56,522 bases of DNA from a bacterium (GTDB lineage Bacteria; Patescibacteriota; Patescibacteriia; Patescibacteriales; VMTK01), in the NCBI GenBank assembly GCA_030693295.1, contig JAUYAT010000057.1, forward strand, positions 1 through 56,522, read 5' to 3'. The notes under the pieces were generated by a model. It made no database searches. It was not told where the DNA came from and worked only from the letters and a program-made list of their open reading frames with translations. A program made the translations under genes and the position numbers. Positions within the stretch are counted from its first letter, which is position 1. Each line of letters opens with the position of its first letter. Below are positions 49,742-56,522 of the stretch, in pieces.

Positions 49742-52009
49742 TTAGAACCTTCCGCGCGGCCTGCCACCTCTGGAATCGCCACGTCCGCCATTGCCGCGCG
49801 GGCTTCTGAAGCCGCCGCCGAAATCGCCGCTTGACTTGCCTTTTTCCTCTTTCCACAGCGGCTCATTTTCCGGAAGGCCTTTCATAGTCAGATTTACTCT
49901 GCCTTGTTCGTCAATTTCTTTAATTTTAACAGTTACGGTGTCGCCTACTTGCAGAAAATCGCTTGGCTTGCCGATATGATAAGGAGCTAGTTCGCTTACA
50001 TGAGCCATGCCGTCATGGCCCGGAGTCAGTTCAATAAAAGCGCCGAAATCAAGCATTTTAACGACTTTGCCGGTAAAAATTTCGCCGACTTCAAATGTCC
50101 TTACAATATTTTTAATCCAAGCGACCGCTTCCTGGCTTTTTTCCGCGTCAACGCCGCAAACCATTACCAAACCGTCGTCTTCAATGTCAATTGATACGCC
50201 GGTAGCGTCAATAATCTCGTTGATAATCTTGCCGCCGGGGCCGATTACTTCCCTGATTTTGTCTATTTCAATATAGAAGCTGACAATGCGCGGGGCGTAT
50301 GGGGATAGATCAGGCCGCGGCTTGTCAATGGCTTTATTCATAATATCTAAAATTTCCATTCTCGCTTCTTTGCCTTGAGTTAATGCTTTTTCAATTATTT
50401 CATCGGTTAAGCCGTCGGTTTTAGTGTCAAGCTGAATAACGGTGATGCCGTCGCGGGTGCCGGCGATTTTAAAGTCCATGCCGCCTTTGCCGTCTTCCAA
50501 GTCCTGCAGATCGGTTAAAATTTCCCATTGGCTCATATCTTCGTTGGAAGCCAAGCCCATGGCGATTCCCGCAACGGCCTTTTCAATCGGCACGCCCGCG
50601 TCCATTAAAGACAAACTTGAGCCGCAGACCGCCGCCATTGACGATGAGCCGTTTGACCCTAATGTTTCGCTTACAACGCGGATAGTATATGGAAATTCTT
50701 CTTTTTCTTGCGGGATAACCGGAACTAAAGCTTTTTCCGCCAGAGTGCCATGGCCGATATCGCGCCTGCCGGGTCCTCTCATAAACTTGACTTCACCGAC
50801 GGAATAAGGAGGAAAATTATAATGGTGCATATAGCGTTTTTTGCCCGTACCTTCCATTCCTTCCAAAAGCTGTTCCACTCCGGGAGGGCCCAAAGTTACG
50901 ATTGACATAACCTGGGTTTCGCCGCGGCTGAACAGGCCCGAGCCGTGGTTTCTCGGCAGAATGCCCGCCTCGGCCTCTAACGGCCGGATTTCATCAAGTT
51001 TTCTGCTGTCAACCCGCTTTTTTTCCTTAAGTATGGCATTGGTAACTTCGGCCTCCACCGCTTTGTCTGTTAATGAGCTTATGGCTTGATGGCGCTTGTC
51101 CTTTCCGACGCCCTGTTCAAATAAAAATTTATCAAGCTCTTCTTTGATCGCCGCGACAGCGGCTTTGCGTTCGCCTTTGGTGTAATATGTTTTATCAAAT
51201 AAAATGTTTTTAATATTTTTATCAAGCCATTCTTTAGCCGCGGCGAAAACTTTTTCTTTTTCTTTTTCCGCTTCAATTTCGTCTTGGCTTAATAGTTGTT
51301 CTTTAATTTTCATTTCGTACATTTTTCCGATTTTCTTTCGCATTTCTTTAATCAGTTCAATTGATTTTTGCAATTCTTTTTGCCCTGCATGAATCGCTTT
51401 CATCATTTCTTCTTCTTTTACTTCGTCGGCGCTCGCTTCAAGCATAATAACTTTTTTTTCCGTGCCGGCGACAATCAAATCCAAATCGCTTAATTCCCGC
51501 TCTTCATAAGTCGGGTTGAATATAAAAGCGCCGTTAGTCCGACTCACTCTTACGCAGCCGATCGGGCCCTGCCAGTTCAGGCCGGAAATAGCCAGCGCGG
51601 CTGATGCCGCGATTAAAGAAACGATATCATAATCATTCTGCTGGTCGGCGGATAAAACCGTGATCACGACCTGGATGTCTTTTCTTGACTCCTCGGAAAA
51701 TAATGGCCTGATTGAACGGTCAATCATTCTGCCTGTTATAACGGCTTCGTCCGACGGCCTGCCCTCTCTTTTAATCCAGCGCGAGCCCTTGATAATGCCG
51801 ATGGCGTAAAGCCGCTCTTCAAAATCAACCATTAAGGGAAAGTAATCAATACCTTCCCGATCTTCTTTGGCTTCAACAACGGTAGCCAAAACAACCGTAT
51901 CCCCGTATTGCACGGTTACGGCCGCGTTGGCCTGTTTGGCCATTTTGCCTGTTTTAATAGTGAGTGTCCGGCCAAGCCACTCGGTAGAAAACACTTGTTC
52001 GTTATTCAT
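49742..52009 (-). CDS. pnp: polyribonucleotide nucleotidyltransferase (PNPase) with RGG-rich C-terminal tail
   Basis: Two RNase PH domains, KH (GPGGK.I..I) and S1 (G.V....FGAF.E) domains. Tail GGFRSPRGNGGRGDSRGGRPRGRF. Confidence 0.97.
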   Translation of the reverse strand: MNNEQVFSTEWLGRTLTIKTGKMAKQANAAVTVQYGDTVVLATVVEAKEDREGIDYFPLMVDFEERLYAIGIIKGSRWIKREGRPSDEAVITGRMIDRSIRPLFSEESRKDIQVVITVLSADQQNDYDIVSLIAASAALAISGLNWQGPIGCVRVSRTNGAFIFNPTYEERELSDLDLIVAGTEKKVIMLEASADEVKEEEMMKAIHAGQKELQKSIELIKEMRKKIGKMYEMKIKEQLLSQDEIEAEKEKEKVFAAAKEWLDKNIKNILFDKTYYTKGERKAAVAAIKEELDKFLFEQGVGKDKRHQAISSLTDKAVEAEVTNAILKEKKRVDSRKLDEIRPLEAEAGILPRNHGSGLFSRGETQVMSIVTLGPPGVEQLLEGMEGTGKKRYMHHYNFPPYSVGEVKFMRGPGRRDIGHGTLAEKALVPVIPQEKEEFPYTIRVVSETLGSNGSSSMAAVCGSSLSLMDAGVPIEKAVAGIAMGLASNEDMSQWEILTDLQDLEDGKGGMDFKIAGTRDGITVIQLDTKTDGLTDEIIEKALTQGKEARMEILDIMNKAIDKPRPDLSPYAPRIVSFYIEIDKIREVIGPGGKIINEIIDATGVSIDIEDDGLVMVCGVDAEKSQEAVAWIKNIVRTFEVGEIFTGKVVKMLDFGAFIELTPGHDGMAHVSELAPYHIGKPSDFLQVGDTVTVKIKEIDEQGRVNLTMKGLPENEPLWKEEKGKSSGDFGGGFRSPRGNGGRGDSRGGRPRGRF

Positions 52010-52100
52010 AAATAGTTTTTATCGCTTGGCCGACAAACTACAGAACTATGAGAATTAAATTTATCCCACAGCACTATCTGTTTGCCGGACAAACGGTTAA

Positions 52101-52595
52101 TTATATTAAAAATTTTTTATTTTCGCTTAAATCAATAAAGTCGTCCGATTCTTCAACAAGCTTACCCGAGGCGGTTTTGCGGAAAGCCATCACCTCCACC
52201 AAGCATCCCTTTGTGTTTTGCAAGTAATTAACTAAAGGAATATAGTCGCCGTCGCCGGTAACTAAAACAATTACGTCCAGCTTGCTTGCCAGTTTTATCG
52301 CGTCAACTGTTATGCCGACATCCCAATCGGCTTTTTTAGCTCCGCCGAAAAAAATCTGCAGATCTTTCATTTTAACTTCAAATCCTTGGTTGCTTAGAGC
52401 TTCAAAAAAAGATGTTGCTTCTTCGGTTTCTGTTTTGACGACATAGGTTATCGCCCTGATTAATTTCCTGCCCGCTACGGCTTCTTTTAAAATTTCCTTG
52501 AAATTAACCCGTTTGTTGTATAAATTTTTCGCCGAATGGTACATATTGGATACGTCAACCAATACGCCCACTCGCTGTTCTTTATGTTTAATCAT
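52101..52595 (-). CDS. NYN-domain (LabA/DUF88-like) protein
   Basis: VGVLVDVSNMY...., KK.DWDVGI..D, LVTGDGDY.PL motifs. Confidence 0.8.
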   Translation of the reverse strand: MIKHKEQRVGVLVDVSNMYHSAKNLYNKRVNFKEILKEAVAGRKLIRAITYVVKTETEEATSFFEALSNQGFEVKMKDLQIFFGGAKKADWDVGITVDAIKLASKLDVIVLVTGDGDYIPLVNYLQNTKGCLVEVMAFRKTASGKLVEESDDFIDLSENKKFLI

Positions 52596-52606
52596 ATTTT
52601 ATTTTT

Positions 52607-52993
52607 TTATTCTTTTGCCTCTTCCGCTTTTTCCGCCGGTTCTTCTTCCTCAATTTTTATTTCTTGCTTGGCTAACATTTCTTGTTCCAACTGTTTTTTA
52701 TCGTTCTCCTCTTCAATCATTTTTTTAGCGATTTTTAATTTTAATTGCTGAGCCAAATCCTTAAAAGATTTTTCATCCTCTTTTTGCAGATATTTCAACA
52801 GGCGGCGCCTTTCCCCCACTTTTTTAAGCAGGCCGCGCCGGGATGAATGGTCGTGTTTGTGCTGTTTCAGGTGTTCTGTCAATTGCTTGATTTCTTCGGT
52901 TAAGATCGCGATTTGCACCTGCGAGGAACCGGTGTCGGTCTTGTGGATTTTGAATTTGTCAATAATTTTTTGCTTGGCTTTTTTGTCTAGCAT
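52607..52993 (-). CDS. rpsO: 30S ribosomal protein S15 with about 40-aa acidic C-terminal extension
   Basis: H..DTGS..VQIA.LT..I..L..HL..HK.D.HSRRGLL..V..RR.LL.YL signature. ATG at 52993. Confidence 0.92.
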   Translation of the reverse strand: MLDKKAKQKIIDKFKIHKTDTGSSQVQIAILTEEIKQLTEHLKQHKHDHSSRRGLLKKVGERRRLLKYLQKEDEKSFKDLAQQLKLKIAKKMIEEENDKKQLEQEMLAKQEIKIEEEEPAEKAEEAKE

Positions 52994-53171
52994 AGTTTTT
53001 TCTCCCAAACCGAGACAGAGGCGACAATGCTCTGACCAAGAGAGGGTTATTTATTACTTTATTTAAGTTTATTAGTTTAACGCTAAAATCATAACACAGA
53101 TTGAAAAAAAACGCAAGATGCCGTAAAATAAAATTAGAACCAAGAATTGCGCGTTGAAATTATGGTTAGCA

Positions 53172-53200
53172 TTGACACGATGAGCTAATTTTGGTAAAAT
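53172..53200 (+). promoter_or_regulatory. sigma70-like promoter (extended -10) for tRNA-Arg
   Basis: TTGACA (53172-53177), 17-nt spacer ending TGG, TAAAAT (53195-53200), 38 nt before the tRNA. Confidence 0.5.
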
Positions 53201-53237
53201 AGTTTAGTTGCCGGAAATTAGGGCAATTTTTGTTTAT

Positions 53238-53309
53238 GCTCCCGTAGTTCAATGGATAGAACACCAGCCTTCTAAGCTGGTTATGAGGGTTCGATTCCCC
53301 CCGGGAGCA
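53238..53309 (+). tRNA. tRNA-Arg(UCU)
   Basis: GCTCCCG/CGGGAGC acceptor, D-arm GTTC-AATGGATA-GAAC, anticodon arm CCAGC-CTTCTAA-GCTGG, T-loop TTCGATT. Confidence 0.9.
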
Positions 53310-53344
53310 CACAATAAACTAATAAATTTAATTTTTATAATCTT

Positions 53345-53872
53345 ATGGCTTTGCTAATAATTTTTACGATTTTATTAATCATCATCGCTTTTTTTCTTTT
53401 ATCGCAGTTTTTCAACATTTTATTCCGCGGCTATGCGCCTTTTATTTCCACCGAATCGGAAGTAATTGAAAAAATTATTAACGAAATAAAAATAGACAGC
53501 GACCCTGTTTTTTATGAATTGGGCTGCGGCAAGGCGAGTTTTCTGCGCGCGCTTGGTAGGAAATTTCCTCAGGCGAAGTTGATTGGCGTTGAGTATTCTA
53601 TTCTGCCCTGGCTAGTCGCCAAGATTCAGACCAGCATGAATAAAAGCAAGATTAAGATAATAAAAGAAAATATATTTAAGATAAATTTGGCTGACGCGGA
53701 TTATGTTTATTGCTATTTGAATATCGCGATGATGAAGAAGCTGGAAGAAAAATTCAAGAATGAATGCAAGCCGGGCGCGAAGATTATCAGCTATTCGTTC
53801 GCCATGCCGAATTTGAAGCCGGAAAAGGTAATTCCGGCGGATGGCAGCAGCATTTATTTTTATACATTATAA
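53345..53872 (+). CDS. class I SAM-dependent methyltransferase with N-terminal TM helix
   Basis: FYELGCGKASF motif I, IGVEYS, later acidic and aromatic motifs. Confidence 0.7.
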   Translation: MALLIIFTILLIIIAFFLLSQFFNILFRGYAPFISTESEVIEKIINEIKIDSDPVFYELGCGKASFLRALGRKFPQAKLIGVEYSILPWLVAKIQTSMNKSKIKIIKENIFKINLADADYVYCYLNIAMMKKLEEKFKNECKPGAKIISYSFAMPNLKPEKVIPADGSSIYFYTL

Positions 53873-53883
53873 TAATTTATTAT

Positions 53884-53955
53884 GGTGGCTATAGTTCAAT
53901 GGTAGAACACCGGGTTGTGGTCCCGGATACGAGGGTTCAATTCCCTCTAGCCACC
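53884..53955 (+). tRNA. tRNA-His(GUG) with encoded G-1
   Basis: G-1 plus GTGGCTA/TAGCCAC acceptor and C73, anticodon arm CCGGG-TTGTGGT-CCCGG. Confidence 0.9.
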
Positions 53956-53956
53956 C

Positions 53957-54031
53957 AAAAAACAAAACCTGCTTTTTAAAAGCAGGTTTTGTAATAGACT
54001 ATATATTAAATGATAGTTGAATATCAATATA
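53957..54031 (+). repeat. 75-bp direct repeat, left copy (includes terminator hairpin)
   Basis: AAAAAACAAAACCTGCTTTTTAAAAGCAGGTTTTGTAATAGACTATATATTAAATGATAGTTGAATATCAATATA. Identical except for one base to 56011-56085. Confidence 0.9.
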
Positions 54032-54037
54032 TTGCAT

Positions 54038-54066
54038 TTGACACCTTGTTTCATATATGATACACT
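54038..54066 (+). promoter_or_regulatory. sigma70-like promoter for abiEi/abiEii
   Basis: TTGACA (54038-54043), 17-nt spacer, TACACT (54061-54066). Confidence 0.45.
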
Positions 54067-54078
54067 ATTGTCATAGTT

Positions 54079-54690
54079 ATGAAAAGTAAAAAAAACCTTT
54101 TAGAACAGCTCAAACCATTGCCCCATTTCAATAAAGACACTGTATATCAGCTTGGCAAACAGTTGGGGCTTAAAGACTCTACGGTTGATACTTATATCAG
54201 CCGATTTTTGAAATACAAAGAAATTTTACAGCTTAAAAAGGGATTGTATGTATCTGTGGATTTTTTTGAAAAAAACAGAACGGATATTTCATACTCGTTT
54301 TACCTCGCTAACATTATTCGCGCACCTTCTTATGTTAGCTCGTGGGCCGCTCTCCAGTATTATAATCTTGCCACCGAAGCAATCCATTCCATAACCTCAG
54401 TTACTCTCAAAGTCACAAGAAACTACCAGACAAAAGCCGGCAACTTTGCATATCAGTCAATTAAGAAAGATCTTTTTTCAGACTTTTCTTTGGCCAAGGG
54501 AAAATTTGATTTTTATATCGCTTCACCATCTAAAGCGTTGTTTGATTTATTGTATTTTAGGACGCGCCAGTTTCGTGGCGTTCAGCCGGGGAAAATTAAA
54601 ATGTTAGTAGAAGAATTACGAATAGATATTGATGAAATAGATAAGAAAGAACAGGAAAAATTTTATTCAATGATTAAAAAATTTATATGA
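54079..54690 (+). CDS. abiEi: type IV toxin-antitoxin system antitoxin, AbiEi family
   Basis: N-terminal winged-helix-like region F....V..L.......TV...ISR.LK...I..LKKGLYV and a C-terminal domain typical of AbiEi. 4-nt overlap with abiEii. Confidence 0.75.
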   Translation: MKSKKNLLEQLKPLPHFNKDTVYQLGKQLGLKDSTVDTYISRFLKYKEILQLKKGLYVSVDFFEKNRTDISYSFYLANIIRAPSYVSSWAALQYYNLATEAIHSITSVTLKVTRNYQTKAGNFAYQSIKKDLFSDFSLAKGKFDFYIASPSKALFDLLYFRTRQFRGVQPGKIKMLVEELRIDIDEIDKKEQEKFYSMIKKFI

Positions 54691-55970
54691 GCGAACAGAT
54701 ATCAATAATCTTAAAAAGAAAGCTTGACGATCTTTCTGCTTATGGCGGAATTGACGCCGAAACCCGCCGCAATGCTCTTAAAGAAGAGTTGCAGTTTTAT
54801 GTTCTCAATTTTATCTACCACCACCCGGAATACAATAAATGGATTATGTACGGCGGTTCCGCGCTCCGTATAATCCACGGTCTTAATCGCATGTCTGTTG
54901 ATTTGGATTTTGAAGTTTCTCATCCGGTGGCAAATAAATTTTTAGAAGAGTTGAAAAAAGAAGTTGAAGATTATTTTGTCAATGCTTACAATGCTGGCGC
55001 TGATTTTTTGACGATAAAAGTAATTGCCGGCAGAGGATTAATTTTGAAATTTCATGTTGGTAAAGAGTTAAGCCTTGGCCATGCTTCAAATCAGGTGCAC
55101 GTAAAGATTGACTTGAATTATTTTGTCGCTCCAAAAACCGTAATAGAACGCAGGCCAATAAATCGCAACCAGCTTTCTTTTGTCATTTTGACATATAATA
55201 TGGGCGCGCTTATGGCCAGTAAACTTGCCGCTATTTTTTTGCGCGGCACTCGCGGCGTAGGAGACGCAGTTTATGAAGAAAAAGGGCGTGATATTTATGA
55301 TCTTCTTTGGTATATGGGAAAAAAAATCGTACCGGATTTTGATTATATGATAGCTAAAGGCATTGATGTAAAAGATCCGCGCGTTCTCTTTGACAAGCTT
55401 ACATTACAGATGAATAAAGTAAGCGACGAAAATCTTAAAAATGATCTATCGCCTTTATTTGTGGACATAACATTTATTACAAATTGGCTTAGAAATTGGC
55501 GAGAGAGTTATTTAAAGCTTTTAGATGAATATAAAATCCGCACCATTAAAGAGCTGGAACGCATTGCGATTCATCAGGATTTTCACTCGGATAATTTTTC
55601 TTTTATTTATTTGTATAAGACGGAAGACGGCGGATCGGCGAGAATCGTTTATACTGTCAGCGATTATTGGATCATATTTAAAGATATAGATTTGTCGATT
55701 GAAATAGACAAAAAGATAGAAGAGAAAATTGACTTTTCCGGCAATGGTTGGAGTTCAAGGTCGATAGATCAGGAAAAATTAAAACGGTACGCCACTCTTT
55801 TTTATCAGAAAACCGAGAATTATTTCAAAAAAACAAACCATATAATGCTCGGCGACAGTATTATTACCAAAGTTATTCGCATGACGGCTGATAATTTAAA
55901 CCAGAAAGAGCAGATTATACTCAATAAGTCAGCCCTGCTTTCCTGCGAACTTGATGATTTATTGAAATAA
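54687..55970 (+). CDS. abiEii: nucleotidyltransferase toxin, AbiEii/AbiGii family, with long C-terminal extension
   Basis: MYGGSALRIIHGLNRMSVDLDFE is the family motif (GG.AL...... R.S.DLDF). Later KLAAIF.R......GRDIYDL. Confidence 0.8.
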   Translation: MSEQISIILKRKLDDLSAYGGIDAETRRNALKEELQFYVLNFIYHHPEYNKWIMYGGSALRIIHGLNRMSVDLDFEVSHPVANKFLEELKKEVEDYFVNAYNAGADFLTIKVIAGRGLILKFHVGKELSLGHASNQVHVKIDLNYFVAPKTVIERRPINRNQLSFVILTYNMGALMASKLAAIFLRGTRGVGDAVYEEKGRDIYDLLWYMGKKIVPDFDYMIAKGIDVKDPRVLFDKLTLQMNKVSDENLKNDLSPLFVDITFITNWLRNWRESYLKLLDEYKIRTIKELERIAIHQDFHSDNFSFIYLYKTEDGGSARIVYTVSDYWIIFKDIDLSIEIDKKIEEKIDFSGNGWSSRSIDQEKLKRYATLFYQKTENYFKKTNHIMLGDSIITKVIRMTADNLNQKEQIILNKSALLSCELDDLLK

Positions 55971-56010
55971 AATTTAATTCTTATGTCAAAGAGAATCGCC
56001 AACAAAACTA

Positions 56011-56085
56011 AAAAAACAAAACCTGCTTTTTAAAAGCAGGTTTTGTAATAGACTATATATTAAATGATAATTGAATATCAATATA
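56011..56085 (+). repeat. 75-bp direct repeat, right copy
   Basis: Same sequence as 53957-54031, with A at 56070 instead of G at 54016. Confidence 0.9.
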
Positions 56086-56098
56086 ATATGTATTCTAA

Positions 56099-56269
56099 TT
56101 AGAATCGTCTTGGACGATCTTGCATTTTTTGCCTGTGACAATCACGGCAAAAAAGTGGCCTGTCTCCGCTCGGTTCAAAAGGCAGCTCGGTGATTGGCGC
56201 CCCGCACTGGGAGCATGTCCAATTACCTTGATACATCTTTCGATCGCCGGAGTTGTCTTGATACGCCAT
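56099..56269 (-). CDS. CxxC-x17-CxxC zinc-ribbon small protein (56 aa; not in ORF track)
   Basis: Hand translation MAYQDNSGDRKMYQGNWTCSQCGAPITELPFEPSGDRPLFCRDCHRQKMQDRPRRF. Shows the W.C..C...I.ELPF.P...RP..C..C pattern. Confidence 0.65.
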   Translation of the reverse strand: MAYQDNSGDRKMYQGNWTCSQCGAPITELPFEPSGDRPLFCRDCHRQKMQDRPRRF

Positions 56270-56522
56270 TGATTTGATTTGTTTTACGTAGATTTACGAA
56301 TGTAAAATGAACGTAAATAATTAAATTAATTATGTTAGCAGTATAGCAAAGTAATTAAATTTTGTCAATAGACTGGCGGAAATTGTAAAGGTGAAATAGA
56401 AATGTCCTACTTTGAGGGATTTAGAAATGTCCTACTTGGGACACTTTTGTTAATTTTTTAAGATATTCTATTTTTTGATATTGACGCCATGGATGGTTGG
56501 CGGGCGGTATATGGGCTGTTGA

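Noticed and set aside
53764-53979. 71-aa plus-strand ORF
   Set aside because: It overlaps the methyltransferase 3' end out of frame and reads straight through tRNA-His.

Overview
AT-rich bacterial chromosome segment. The gene content and style look like Candidate Phyla Radiation / Patescibacteria; this is an inference from the many TrbC/VirB2-like small membrane 'pilin' paralogs, compact housekeeping operons and dense small repeats. It carries the replication-origin neighbourhood, with dnaN-dnaA divergent from rpmH-rnpA-yidD-yidC. Housekeeping genes include rpsP-KH-trmD, rplS, rpsO-pnp, gmk, rluD-like, tsaE, lspA, rnhB, trxA/trxB and a class A PBP. There are also cell-envelope genes (flippase, GT4, GH-A hydrolase, 3D-domain protein, bactofilin), an ABC importer and eight intact tRNA genes. 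The accessory content is unusually rich:
- nine T4SS-pilin-like paralogs, seven of them in one tandem array
- hicBA and abiEi/abiEii toxin-antitoxin modules, the latter in a 2-kb island bounded by 75-bp direct repeats next to tRNA-His
- a RAYT/IS200-like gene with flanking REPs
- an IS4-family IS
- a DUF559 endonuclease gene bracketed by composite hairpin repeats
- several further repeat families

The most unusual observations are these:
1. Two loci where a complete tRNA gene sits inside another tRNA gene. tRNA-Val lies in the anticodon loop of an otherwise intact tRNA at 12098-12282. tRNA-Arg(CCU) lies in the D-arm of an Arg(CCU)-like gene at 33045-33255.
2. An array of attC-like structured sites separating single promoterless ORFs (39.4-43.3 kb), with no integrase in the window.
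3. A triple perfect DnaA-box cluster with DnaA-box-like palindromes about 10 kb away from dnaA.
4. Four exactly 31-bp-phased iteron-like repeats upstream of the nested tRNA-Arg locus.

All calls come from reading the sequence and ORF translations by eye. No searches or folding programs were run.
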